Made by a program: the position numbers and the translations under genes. DNA of 64,000 bases, from contig OZ024741.1 of the NCBI GenBank assembly GCA_964016885.1, forward strand, positions 30,442,001 to 30,506,000. Direction: 5' to 3'. The DNA is from Eledone cirrhosa (lineage: Eukaryota). Every line of letters starts with the position of its first letter. The stretch's first letter is position 1. The notes below the pieces were generated by a model, which worked only from the letters and a program-made list of their open reading frames with translations, was not told the origin of the DNA and searched no databases. Positions 1 to 13,334 of the stretch are shown piece by piece.

Positions 1-160
1 ACTAAAAACGTAAAGAAAATAAGAATGAAGAGAAAAACAAACAGACGGACAGAGAAGGGAAGGGAAAAACTAAGTAAGACATTCAAACACTACATTACAA
101 TGAAACATATGCTTATTCATTTTTAGGGGTTTTTTTTGCCTGTTTGTTTGTTTGTTTATT

Positions 161-3100
161 ATGTTCGTCTACAGCGTGATATTGCCACACAAAAATCACG
201 TGGAGTGACGGAACCACCGGAGACGATGAATTCATCGGTGGTTATGTAAACATACATTCGCCAATCCTCGATAAGAGTGTTTAAATGTCGAACCTACACA
301 GTTCGAATAACGGTGAAATGGAGACTAGAATGTCATATGACAGACTCCCGCCCAGCAGGTGCTCCCTGGCTCAGCAGCAGGGACCTCGCTGTCAACCAAA
401 TACTGCTGGTGTCGGAGGAAGAAGAAGAAGGAAAAGGACCAGAACCAACTGGACGAAAATATTGAATAGAACTGTTATCCAATGAACCTGAAGAGTAACC
501 CCAAGGAGAAAGGCTATAGGAAACGGATGCATAACATCTGGAACGAGATTGGTCTATTTAAATTAGATGAACAAAAATTGGCCGGGCAGGCTCGGGTAAT
601 AAGAACTAATGGGTGGATAAGCGAGCTGGAACTGGAGGAACTGAGCAGAGAGATTAGCTTGGAAATGGAGAGGGCAGTATGCCAGGCAAACGAGCCAGTG
701 GGAAATGAAGGTGAAGAGGTTGAGAGAACGGAGGAACCATCCGAAGCAGACAATGATCTGAATGCTGAAATAAATAATACCTGGAAAAAAGATACGGCCA
801 TTGAGGAGATGAATGCTGAGGGCTAGGACAAGATTTGGTTGATATCCTAAACTTAGTGGTAGATGAATTGAACAATGATAGTGGGAAACCTATGAACCTA
901 AGATTTGTAGAGAGGAAAAAGTTAAAAGAAACAACAGCTAAGGTAAAGAAAGTCATCCCACACCTTGAGGCGAGGAGCCTTCACCAGTGCAACAATATCC
1001 TCAAAGCAACAGCAAATGCGGTGAGGAAATTACTTGGTATAAAAGCGAGAAGAAACAACAAACAAGAAAGATCAGAGCCTTGGTGGAAGAAACGACTGAC
1101 TGGTCAAATCAGGGAAATGAGAAATGACATTGGAAAGCTTGAGTCACTACTGAATGGGACACTAAAAAACATAGACACTAAAAATAGACTGGAAATAAAG
1201 TACAAAACTAGGAGGAAAAAGCTAAATATTATCATAGAGGAATGAAGCAACGCATTGTAGCAAAGAGTGCAAAAATTAGGCGATACGAGAGCAGAGTCAG
1301 TCAGTATAGACAGAACCACATGCGTGACAACAACCAGAAGATGCTGTTTGGACAGCTTGAAGGGAAAGAAAGAGGCAACGACTTGATCCCTGAGGCGGAA
1401 CAAACTAAAACATTCTGGAGAGGAATATGGGAGCAGGATGTTAAACATAATGACCAGGCAGTGTGGATTGAGACAGTAGAGAAGGAGATTAGTGAACAGG
1501 CACACCAACAAACTGATTTGAGTATCACAGTTGAAACTCTTAAGGGGCAGGCCAAAAAAACTAACCAACTGGAAATCACCAGGCCCAGATGGTGTGCAAG
1601 GGTATTGGATTAAAAATATAACATCCCTCCACCCGAAACTGACAACCATGTTCAATGACTGCTTGATGTCAGGTGAGGTACCAGAGTGGTTGACAAAAGG
1701 TACCACAGTTCTGATAATGAAAGACCGAATCAAGGGTAATGATGTTACCAACTATAGACCTATCACATGTCTGTCCGTAATGTGGAAACTGTTGACAAGC
1801 ATTGTCTGAGGAAATCTACCATCACCTCCACACAAACAACTTGTTACCGGACAAACAGAAAGGATGCCGAAAGAAGTCCCGTGGTACAAAGGATCAGTTA
1901 CTTATTGATAAGATGGTAATGAGGAATTGCAAGAGGAGACACACTGGTCTTGCCATGGGATGGATAGACTACAAAAAGGCATTTGACATGGTGCCTCATT
2001 CTTGGATCACCAAAAGCCTAGAGATCTTCAAGGTGGCAGATAACATCAGACAGTTGTTGGGCAAAAGTATGAAGTCCTGGGAAACAGAGTTAACATTAGC
2101 TGGAGAATCCTTGGGAGGCGTGAAGATCAAGAGAGGTATCTTCCAGGGAGATAGTCTGTCCCCTCTGTTGTTTTTCCTTGCCCTGATGCCCCTGACCATT
2201 ATACTGCGAAAAGTGAGAGCAGGATACAAGTTGGGAAAGGGAGAGCTTACCATCAATCACCTCCTCTTCATGGACGATCTTAAGCTCTTCGGGAAGAGTG
2301 AGAAGGAGTTAGATGTGCTTGTTGACACTGTCCGTATTTTCAGCAATGATATATGTATGAAATTTGGTATTAGTAAGTGTGGAGTCCTTGTGATGAAGAG
2401 GGGTAAATTGAGCAGAAGCAACGGAATCCAGGTACCAACAAGTGAGATGATAAAGGAAATTGACACTGATGAAGGATACAAGTATTTGGGTGTTCTGGAG
2501 GCTGATGACATCAAGAACAAAAAAAATGAAGGAATTGATAAGAACTGGATACATTCGGAGAATAAGGAGCGTATTAAAGTCACATCTGAACAGTAGGAAT
2601 GCCATAAGTGCAGTAAATTCAAGAGCTGTGTCTATTATTAGGTACAGTGCGGGAATTCTGAGATGGAGTGTTGCTGAACAGAAAGAAATGGATAGGAAGA
2701 CTAGGAAGCTATTGACTATCTACAACATGTTCCACAAGAGGAGTGATGTCGATAAACTCTACTTAGGGAGATCTGAAGGTGAAAAGAGGTCTTATCAGCA
2801 TAGAGGACTGTGTTCAGATGGAGAAAAACAACCTACACAAATACGTGACTGATAGTAAGGAACCAATGCTCAGAACTCTACTGAAGGAGAGGACAATAGA
2901 CCAGGGGATGTCCAAGGAGGAAATAACAACAAAGTGAAAGAGCAGCCTTCAGGAAAAATCCCTTCATAGTACCTTCCTTGAGAAAGCTGAACTCAGATAT
3001 CCACAGACATGGAACTGGTTGAAAAGAGGAGACCTTAAAAAGGCTACAGAAGGAATGTTAATGGCTGCGCAGGAGCAAGCCCTCAAAACCAAGTGGTTGA

Positions 3101-3784
3101 AACACCATATTTACAAGGAGGAAGCTAGCCCACTATGTAGGATCTGTGGAGAGAGAGAGAGAAGACTGTGGCTCACATTGTATCCGAGTGTAAACACCTA
3201 GCCCAGACTCACTATAAGGGCTGGAGGCATGATGTGATGGGACAGGGGGATCCACTGGCACCTATGCAAAGTAAACAATTTACCACATTCTGAGAAGTGG
3301 TATGAGCATAAGCCAGAGTCGGTGATAGAAAACGATCAGGTGAAGGTGCTGTGGGATTTTAGGATACATACGGACAAGAAACTGGAACACAATAGACCTG
3401 ACCTGGTTGTTTTGGACAAAGAAAAAAGATCGTGCTTGATTGTAGATGTAGCCTGCCCATTCGACACGTGAGTGCAAGAGAAGGAGAGGGAGAAAATTAA
3501 CCGATACGAGGACTGAAAGTGGGAGATAAAAAGGATTTGGAACTGCCATGAAATCAAAGTGATCCCGATTGTCATAGCCGCACTAGGTACTATCTCAAAA
3601 GGTTTCCAGGGATGGTTAAAGAAAATTGGCCCCTTCACGCTTTTTGGAACGCTTCAAAAGGCATGCTCGCTGGGAACAGCAAGAACCCTCCGATACGTCC
3701 TGAATATCTGAGGCTGCAGGTAGTGGCTATTCATTTCAACAAACTTTCCAGTTAACTAACATCAATGACTGAGACTCAAAGAAC
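161..3784 (+). mobile_element. R4/Dong-type non-LTR retrotransposon (RT + restriction-like endonuclease), near full length, decayed
   Basis: Fragmented ORFs carry [46 protein letters not shown] and YKYLG. These are followed by a CxxC knuckle (CRICGE) and an RLE (HNRPDLVVLDK...IVDVACP) read by hand at 3340-3470. The element ends in (AAT)n, the known Dong target/tail. The 5' boundary is approximate. Confidence 0.9.
285..3711 (+). pseudogene. Disrupted single RT-RLE ORF of the R4/Dong element
   Basis: ORF pieces 285-485, 482-826, 835-1245, 1242-1613, 1531-1809, 1802-2596, 2460-2852 and 3019-3201 join across frameshifts and stops; final stop TGA at 3709-3711. Confidence 0.85.
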
Positions 3785-3871
<87 letters not shown>

Positions 3872-3892
3872 ACTAATAATAATAATGATAAT
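3785..3892. repeat. (AAT)n microsatellite shared by the Dong 3' end and the Tx1 copy A 3' end
   Basis: Direct reading. Confidence 0.98.
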
Positions 3893-4180
3893 GATTTCTT
3901 TATTGGCCACAAGGGCTGACATCAAGAAAAACAACAAAGACGGAACAGGACGGTACGATGTGGGTTTTGTGCGTGTAAATATTTTTATTATTTATATAAG
4001 AAAATAAAAAAAGATAAAACATATATATATATAAACAACAAAATGAAAATTGAAACAATGAAAAATTCCCCAATATCGGGGAAACCTCCGTGGGTTACTC
4101 GTGGCGAAAACCACACAAAAGACCATGGCCACCCTGACTACCAGGGCAAGCGCCCTCTCTCAATTTTTCCATCTCTCAAA

Positions 4181-7100
4181 CTACAGACGTATAATAAGAG
4201 TGGTCCCGTTCACTCGGACCATTCTCGCTACATTCACCCACCTTTCAACAAACTTGCTAGAAAGCAACACTTGCCTCTCCACCCAGATTTTCCTCTTCAA
4301 GTGAAACTTGAAAAAGTTAATCAGGGATTCGCCGAAGAGGAAAGTGTTTGTCTTTAATCCTTTTAACCTTGTTCACCACACAATCTCTTTCGCCATGGCC
4401 ACCAGACAGATGAAAACCGCCTGCCCTTCCTCCTCAAAGGAAGACGGTGAGACCATCTGCACAATGGACTCAGTCGACAATCTGATCAGTCCCACACGTG
4501 ACAGCAACTGTTCGACATAGCTCCACAAGTCAGCAATGCTCGGGCACTGAACGAGTGCGTGCACAACGGTTTCGTCGCTCTGCGCGCATCTCGGACAGGC
4601 TCGGCTGACGCGACTTCCGTGCCTTAAGAGCTTATCTCGAACCGGCAGGGCTCCCCGGTAGCACTGCCAGGCCAGGGATTTTTGGAAGTTATCCATAGGC
4701 CCCGGGCTGAAAGTTTTCCGGAAGAGAGCAAGCAGCTGATCTTTTTCGACGCCCAGGATCTCTCCGAGAACGTCGTCGCTCTTCCCCTCCCCTCCCCTAG
4801 TCCTATATAGAACGCCGAAGTGGATGTTCCACCGATACTGGTGCCCAACTGGGAGAGGGCAGTGAGCGCCTGGAGACATTCTAGTTTCCAAGCGCTATCC
4901 CTCCGTCTTTTTCTGACCCAGGACTGCAGATCCGTCAAGGAGACGAGCTGTGGGAAAATGTGCCTGGCGAACGGCGACCACACCCGTTCACCATCAAGGA
5001 AGCACCAGAGATGTCGCAGCCTCAGCGCATGTTTGCGCATCATCAACCATGGCATGCCCAGTCCTCCACGCAACGGGTGTTGACAGCAGATGGATCGTCT
5101 GACCATGGGAGCGCGTCCCTTCCACAAAAAGCGGAAGAGGAGACGCTCCATTTTGGTGAGAGTTGGGCTGGAGCAATGGACGACGGTGAGGCGGTAGCAG
5201 ATGACGGATGCGATGTACGCATTCGCCACTTCCGCCCGGCCTTTCAGGGACAGCTTCCTCTCAGCCATTCTGGGTGAGGGAGGCCACCCTGCTCGTCACC
5301 TCGTTCCAGCTTTTCTCCATCTGGAGGTTCGGTCCGAACCAAACCCCGAGCAATTTAACTGGTCCGTCCGTCCAACGCCCACGACGCTGTCAGACGGCAT
5401 AGACTTGCCTCTCCAGGTGCCTAGCTCCAAGCCCACCGACTTTTCCTGGTTTATCTTTGCTCCCGTCACAGTTTCGTATTTCTTGAGAGCGGTGCCGAGC
5501 ATCTGGACGTGTCTGGTGCTCGACACCACTACGGTGACGTCGTCAGCGTAAGCCGACTCGGGTTTCCCGCATCCTAGTTCGCGTGGGACGCCCCTCATCG
5601 CCCCCAGTTTGTGCAGTAACGGCTCGAGAGCCAATACGTACAGGTGGGACGAGAGGGGACAACCCTGGCGGACTGAGCGCATGATGCTGAACGGCTGCGA
5701 CAGGTGACCGTTCACCCTCACAACTGAGCAGATGTCGCTGTACATTGCTGCGATCCAACGCCTGAAAACGGGCCCGAAACCGGCTGCCTCGAGGACTGCC
5801 GCCAGGTACCGATAGTCGACCCTATCGAATGCTTTGGATTGATCCAAGTTGATCAGGGCCCCACTCTTGCCAGGTTCTTTAACCACCCTCTCTATGATGT
5901 ATCGCATGAGGTGGAGATGTCGTCTATGTATCTGTCCGGGATGGCGCATGTCTGCGCCTCTCCCACCAGGCCCTTGACGACAAGCGCCAACCTCGTTGCT
6001 AACACCTTGGCCAAAATCTTGAACTCTGCGTTTAGCAGGGTTATGGGCCTGAAATTATCAATAACATCCCCTTCGTTCGGGTTTTTTCTCAGCAGCGCCA
6101 CTGCTCCCCGGCTCATAAAACTGGGAATGCTCCCGTTCTGCTGCCAGTTGCAGTAGACGTCTGCCAAGAGGTCACCGAACAAGTCTGGCATAAATGCATA
6201 AAGCTCGTAGGGCAGACCATCTAAACCTGGCGATTTACCTCTTGTGCAGTTAGCCATCGCTTCCCGTATTTCACCGGCTGTTATTGGCTTTTCGCAACAC
6301 TGTGCTGCGGTCGTCGAGAGCCGAGGCAGTCCGTCGAGGTTTGCATTGAAGTCCATGCCCCGATCCGGGCCGCCGCCATTCCCGAACATTTCAGCAAAGT
6401 GCTGCTGAAAAGCTTCACACATCCGCTCGGGTTCGAGCATCACGCACCCATTTTGGTCAGACAAAGACCGAATTGTGGCTTTATTGCCACGTCGCGCCTC
6501 TTCCACCCGGGCCCATTGGACGGCTTTTGTCCCCTCATGTTTCAGAGCACGCGCTCTAGCTCTGTTTTGCGTTGAAGAATTGGTCGAGTGCCAATCTCGC
6601 CGCAAGCACGTCGGTTGCGATGCCTGTCCTAAACGCCTCTTCTAGCTTTCTGACTAGCTCTCCCTCTACTCTATTTTCCTCTATCACTATTCCTTTGCTA
6701 AACCTAATCGACTCTACTTTAATTGCCCTTTTCAGGGCGAACCACCACCTGTTGTTGACGACCGCTCCCGTCAACGCCCGCTTAACTAATACGCTAATCC
6801 GGTCTCTGTAGACCTTGAGCACCGGGAAAGACGCGTTCAGCTTCCAGTAACCAGGCCCTTGTCTATGAAGTCTGTCTATGTCGATCTCACGGATCACAAA
6901 TTTGTGGTCTCTGTAGTCGACTATTTTAAATTGTTGACAACTTATACTAGCCTTATCTAGTTCCCTGCAGAATACCCTATCTAGATACGATCTGGATGAC
7001 CCGATGCGGTTTGTCCATGTCCACATTGGCATATTCGGGTGATCCAGTCGATACCTGTCAGACAGTTCAAAACGTCTGAGCAGGTTGGTGAGGCTCTTGC

Positions 7101-7584
7101 ACCCTCCTCCCCTATCCACTAGCCCCACACGATCCCAGCGTGCATCCAAGATACCGTTCCAGTCGCCCACTAACACTAAAAAGCGGGACGTTCCAGTAAA
7201 GGTCTCTAGACGTCTGAAGAAATCTGGCCGTCCTGCCCCTGTTGGGGCGTAGACGGCTACTAGCCTGAAAGCATTGCCTTCGCTGCCGGTCACGTCCAGC
7301 ACCACCGACTTACCTTCTGGGTCCAGGAAGATGGCCCGTATCGCGAGATCCAAGCCTCTCCGATAAAGGACGGCAACCCCTCCCCCCGATCCTGGACGGC
7401 TGGGAGATGCGTATACATCGTAGCCGCCGAAGATCGGTGCGAAGGCCCGTGCCTCGGAGATTCTGGTTTCACTTATGGCCACCACATCTATGTTTAGTGA
7501 CCTGAGGTCATTGAGCAGGTGACCCTGCTTCCAAGATGACCTCAGGCTACGTGCATTTATACTGCCTATTCTGAGTACAGCCAT
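4181..7584 (-). pseudogene. Tx1 copy A ORF2 (APE endonuclease-RT-zinc finger), several frameshifts
   Basis: SINARSL, AISET, VYAP, GDWN, SYLDRV, DHK (APE); KSPGLDG, FRPITLLN, DQSKAFDRV, VRQGCPLS, AYADD (RT); CPRC..ETVVHALVQC. Confidence 0.92.
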
Positions 7585-7616
7585 GTTGGATGAGAAACGG
7601 GGAAAATGAGAAAGGG

Positions 7617-9627
7617 TCACTTACCTTGTTCGTGTGGTGAAGGGACAGTAGAACCGTCCCTTTCGCTGGTCATGGGTGTTTCCAAGAGGATGTCAGTGTA
7701 TATCCTCTTGGTAACCGTCCCTCTGAAGTCTCCAACTGCGTTGGGGAATTTTTGTTTTAAAGGTTTGTATTGTTCTCTTGAGATTTCGATGATGCTTATG
7801 TTTGTCGGGAGAGTTCTTGGTGTTGGTGGGGTGTAGTAATTTTTTTCCGTGATGTCTGTGTGCTGCTTTATATATTTTATGAGTTCTTTTTTTGCTATGT
7901 TTATGGCTGTGTACTTTTTGGGGGAAGGGGTGATTTTGTTGCCGTTTTCTTCTTGTTGCTGTTTGGTGTGTGTGTCTCGTTGTGTTTGCGTTGTTGGTGT
8001 TTGTGGTGGTGTTGCTGCAAGTTTCCTTGCTGCCTTTACCCCTCTTTGTATGCCTTCGCTTTTGGAGGGTGAATCTAAGGGTTTTTTTGTTTTTTGTTTT
8101 TTGTGGCAGACTGTTTGCCACGTCACTCCCGCCTCAAACTCCATGTCGGATTCCGTGGCGTCTGGGAGGGGTATGTGCTCCACGGCTGTTGGTGGTGGTA
8201 GTGGAGCCCTCTTCGGCAATGTTGTTGCTGGTGTAGCTATTTCAAATGTAGCTATTGGTGTTGCCGCTATTGATGATGCTGCTTTAGTTATCCGTGGCCT
8301 TGGTACGGGTGCTACGGACGTTGCCCTCCTACTCACCGTGGAAGGGACTTCTTCGTTTGTTGTCTGTCCTGCTCTTGGTAGTAGCGGACCAGGTATTGGA
8401 AGGAGAGGGGCCCTCTTCGGTATCTTCTGCGAGCAAAAGGCCCTGAGGTGACTTTTCGACCCACAGAGATAACATGTTGGCCGTCTTCCCTCTACACTTA
8501 TAGGGAGTTGGAGTCCTTCCTCAAAGTCTATGATATCGGGGATAGCCTCGATACATTCCTGGTCAGTTTGTATAAGAATTTGCATGCCTATACCTGACCA
8601 GTTCTATCTCCCTATTGTTTCTACTTGCAGCATGGTCGCCCTGTTCTCAATTCCAGCAAGGACAGACGCGGTCAGCCAAGGTATGGGCACGTCGGGTGGG
8701 ACCTGGGTCATTTTGACCCTCACAATTTTCTGCCTGCAGTAGGAGGGCACCAAGACTAACTCCTCACTCTTTAGGCTTTCCAAAGAGTGAGACTTTGCTT
8801 CCTGGGGTGTGGCGAAAAGTACGTCTACTGTGGCGTACTTTCTGCCTCGGGTGATGTGGGTTTTGCGTGCCCAGACGCACCCCAAGGCCTTTTGGATTTG
8901 AGCTTCCGTGGCTCTCTTCACTCGATGTGAAATTTTGTTTACGGTGCGGTAAGTCACCGTTCGTAGCTGCTGGTCCTTGAAAAAAATCGGGTGGAGGTTT
9001 CAGGGAAACTCTATTTGCGCTTCTTGTCACCATGGCCCTTGCTACTGCCATCTCCTCCTTTGTAACTAACACTGTTTCGATATTTCGGGCGACACCTGCA
9101 AAAGAAGTGGTCCCTTTTTCAGCAGCACCACTATTGCTGCCGCTAGTGGTCTTACAGGTGGTGCTGAGGTCGCTATTACAGGTATCGGTGTCATTGTTGT
9201 TCTTTTCGCTGGTACAGTTGTTGGTGTTGTTTTCGTTGATACTGTTGCTGCTGTTACTGTTATTGTGACTGTTGTTATTATTGTTGTTTTTGTTGATACT
9301 GTTCCTACTATTATTGTTGTTGTGGCTGTTGTTATTGTCATTGTTATTGTCGTTCTCGACCTTACCGCTGTTATTTTTGTTATTGTCGTTCTCGACTTTA
9401 CCGCTGTTATTTTTGGTGTTGTTGTTGGTGATGTTGTTGGTGTTATTGTTGGTGTTGTTTGTGTTAGAAATATTTGTTAATTTTAAATCTGTAACAATCT
9501 TTTTTTCCTTTGTAATATTTTCGTTTATATTTACCTCCGCTGGAACGCTGTCTTGTTGACATGCTGATAAAGTCTCCCTATCTCTGTGTTGTCTGACAGC
9601 GCTCTCTCTCTTTTTTGTGTTATCCAT
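7617..9627 (-). pseudogene. Tx1 copy A ORF1 (Asn-rich N-terminus, CCHC knuckle, Pro/Thr-rich linker)
   Basis: ORF pieces 8764-9642, 8604-8957 and 7617-8585; knuckle CYLCGSKSHLRAFC. Confidence 0.85.
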
Positions 9628-9842
9628 TGTGAAATTTTTCAAAAAATATTTTTACACAAATACGAATACGACACACCGTAAAGGGGTGCCGTACTATTTA
9701 CTAGTGAACCCCTGTATTAGGTGGGTCACTTCTTCTAAACTTTTATCAAATTTAAAACTTGAATAAAAGGTTTAGAACGGTTGAAAAAGAGGTAAAACGT
9801 TGAAAAAGACTGGAGGCGATAAGAAGCGTGGCTTCACCAACC

Positions 9843-9866
9843 AATAATAATAATAATAATAATAAT
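9843..9866. repeat. (AAT)8 between Tx1 copies A and B
   Basis: Direct reading. Confidence 0.95.
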
Positions 9867-10007
9867 GATTTCATTTATTGGCCACAAGGGCCGACATATA
9901 GGGGACAATACAAAAGACTGGGACAGTGGGGTTTTACAGAAAAATCGAGTAAACAATATGAATAAACAAAGTAACAATAACAAAGTAACAATAAAGTAAC
10001 AATAAAA

Positions 10008-13000
10008 TTACAACAAGAAAAACATTCCCAAATAGGGGGGATGACCACCTAGGGTTCGCTCAGGTACCCCACCAGTCCTGAACGACCCGACGCTTCGAGA
10101 GCACCCTGGAAGGGCACCCCTCTCGTCTTCAAATTTACCTACGTACAGCAGCATGACCAGAGTAGGCCCACTCACACGGGCCATTCTCGCCACATTCACC
10201 CACATTTCAGCAAATGCACTGGGGGGCAGCACTTCTTTCTCTACCCTCACCTTCCTTTCCAAGTGAAACTTGAAAAAGTTGATGAGGGATTGGCCGAAGA
10301 GAAAAGTGTCTGTCTTCAGTCCTTTCAATCTCGTCCACCATACAACCTCTTTCGCTACTGCCACCAGACAGAGGAAAATTGCCTGCCCCCTTGGCCAAAA
10401 GAAGGCGGCGGGTCGATCTTCACTTTGGACTCGGCCGATAGCCGGATCCGTTCTACACGCGACAACAGCTGTTCAACATAACTCCACAAGTCAGTAATGC
10501 ACGGACACTGGACGAGTGCGTGCAGAACGGTTTCGTCGCTCTGCGCGCATCTCGGGCAGGTCCGTCTGACAGCACTTCCGTGCCTGTAGAGTTTATCTCG
10601 AACCGGCAGTTCCCCCCCGGTAGCACTGCCAAGCGAGGGATTTTGGGAAATTATCCATCGTCCCCGGCTCGAAAGTTCTCGGTACAGACTGATTAGTTCG
10701 ACTTTGTTGACTCCCAGAGACTCTCCGAGTGCCTCGTCACACTTGCCCACCACTAATCCTCTATAGAACTCGAGAGTGGAAGTTCCACTGACCGCATTGC
10801 CCGCCTGGTAGAGGGCAGTGAGTGCCTGGCAACATTCCAGATGCCAGTCGGACCCAGTATCGGTCTCTTCTTGATCCAGGACTGCAACTCAGTCAAAGAA
10901 ACGAGCTTCGGAAAGGCCCGTCTGACAAACGGCGACCACACCTGTTCACCGTTTAGGCAGAATATATGGAGATGCCGCAGCCTCAGCGCGTGCTTGCGCA
11001 TCATTAGCCACGGCATGCCCAGCCCTCCACGTAGAGGGTGCTGGCAGCAGATGGACCGCCTCACCAGCGGAACCTGACCCCTCCACAAGAATTTGAAGAG
11101 GAGCCGCTCCAAGATGGAGAGGCGCGGTCGGGGGCAAGGAACGACAGTCAGACGGTAGTAGATGACGGACGCGATGTACGCGTTCGCCACCTCCGCTCGC
11201 GATAGCTTCATCCCAGCCCATTTCTGGGTGGGACTGACTACCCTGCCCGTCACCTCGTCCCAATTCTTATCCACCTGGAAGTCTGGCCCGAACCAAACCC
11301 CTAGCAACCTTACCGGTCCGTCCATCCAGCGCCTAACGACGCTGTTGGACGGCATGGACTTGCCTCTCCAGGTGCCGAGTTTCAAGCCTACTGACTTTTC
11401 CGGGTTAAGTTTTGCTCCCGTCAACCTATCATATTCCTCCAATAAGTTGCCGACCACCTCGATTGCTGAGGTGTCCGACACCATCACCGTGATGATGTCC
11501 GCATAAGCCAACACGGCCTTTCCGCGTCCCGGTTTGAGCGGGATGCCCTGCAACAGCTCCAGCTTCCGCAGTAAAGGCTCTAGAGTCAATACGTACAGAA
11601 GGGAGGAGAGAGGGCACCCTTGACGGACCGATCGGGAGACCTGAAACGGTTCGGAGAGGTGGCCATTCATTTTGACCATCGAGCAGGTGCCGCTGTGCAT
11701 TGCAGCGATCCAGCTTCTGAAGACGGGGCCGAAGCCAGCCGCCTTGAGGACAGCCTCCTGGTACCGATGGTCGACCCTATGGAATGCTTTCGATTGATCT
11801 AAATTGATCAGAGCCCCACCGAAGCCAGAGTTACACCCTACCCTCTCTATGGTGTATCGTATTAGGTGGTGGTTGTCGTGTATGGACCTGGTTGGGAATG
11901 CGCAAGTTTGTGCCTCCCCAAACAAATCCCCGACGACAAGCGCCAACCACTTCGCTAACACCATGGCCAAAATCTTAAACTCTGTGTTGAGCAGAGTTAT
12001 GGGCCTGAAATTGTCTAATGTGTCCCTTTTGTTCTCGTCTTTCCTTATCAGCGTCATTACGCCCCGGCTCACAGAACTGGAAATACTCCCGTTTTGCTGC
12101 CAGTTGCAGTAGAGGGCTTCGAGGAGATTGGAGAACAAGTCTGGCATATTTACGTAAAGCTCGTAGGGCAGACCATCCAAACCGAGTGACTTGCGCTTCA
12201 TATAGCCTACAACGGCATCCTGAATCTCGGCTGAAGTAATTGGCCTTTCGCAGCGCCCAGCGTCAGCCGTCGAGAGTTGCGGCAAGCCATCGAGGTAGGG
12301 ACTGAAGTCCGCCACCATCTCTGACCCGCCACTTCCCCCGGACAACCGAGCCAAATGTTGGCGAAAGGCCTCACACATCCTCTTGGAATCGCTCAGCTCG
12401 TGCCCGTCTCGGTCCGTCAAAGACCGAATCGTGGTTTTATTACCACGCTGCGCCTCTGCCACGCGGGCCCATCGAACAGCTTTGGTTCCCTCGTTTCTCA
12501 GAGCACGTGCCTTAACTCTGACAATGCAACCTTCCTGTTTCGCATTAAAGAAATGGTCTAATGCCATTCTCGCCGCTAGCACATCAGTTGCAATGCCACT
12601 ACCAACTCTCCCTCCTTTCTATTTTTCGCTAATGCTAATTCTTTGCTAAACTCTATCGACATTACTCGAATCTCTCTTTTGAGAGCCCCCCACCATCTAT
12701 TGTTGACGACTCCCCGTGTCAACTTTTTCTTAACTAAATTGTTGACCTGGTCCCTCCAAGCCTTACGTGCCGGAAATGACATGTTTAGCTTCCAGTAACC
12801 AGGTCCTAACCTACGCGTCTTATCTGGTTCGACCATACAGATCACAAACAGTGCCAGCGTGCGTCTAAGATGCCTTTCCAGTCCCCCGCTAACAGTAAAG
12901 GGCGAGACGTACCCAGAAAGGCTTCCAGGCATCTAAAGAAGTCCGGCCGTCCTGCCCCAGTAGGAGCATAGATGGCCACCAGTCTAAAGGCACCACCTTC

Positions 13001-13303
13001 ATTATTGTTCACGTCCAGGACCACCAACTTCCCGTCCGGGTCCCGGAAGATCGACCTTACCTCGAGATCCAGGCCTTTCCTAAACAGCACTGCCACCCCG
13101 CCTCCCATTCCCGGCCGGCTAACAGCTGCAAAGATCTGATAGTCGTCGAAAATGGGGGCTAGTGCGCGCGTGTCGGAAATCCATGTCTCGCTGACTGCAA
13201 TTACATCCATTTCTATAGACCTGAGGTCGTTGAGCAGGTGACCCTGCTTCCAGGACGATCCCAGGCCTCGAACATTTAAACGTCCTACTCTTAATACGGC
13301 CAT
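10008..13303 (-). pseudogene. Tx1 copy B ORF2, frameshifted, with an internal APE deletion
   Basis: LNVRGL, AVSET, IYAP, GDW; FRPITLLN, VRQGCPLS, AYADI; CPRC..HALVQC. Confidence 0.9.
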
Positions 13304-13334
13304 GTTGGCAGGTTAAACAGAGAGAGAGGAAGGT

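Larger units (their letters stand above)
3893..9842 (-). mobile_element. Tx1/L1-clade LINE copy A, full length, frameshifted
   Basis: ORF1 with a CCHC knuckle; ORF2 with APE, RT and a C-terminal zinc finger. The minus-strand 3' end reads CCCTTGTGGCCAATAAAGAAATC-(ATT)n. (AAT)n flanks both sides. Confidence 0.92.

Noticed and set aside
161-330. Possible HDV-like ribozyme at the Dong 5' end (tcctcg, ggtgaaatgg, hairpin 213-242)
   Set aside because: I could not build the P1/P3 pairings by hand, and the catalytic C position reads T.
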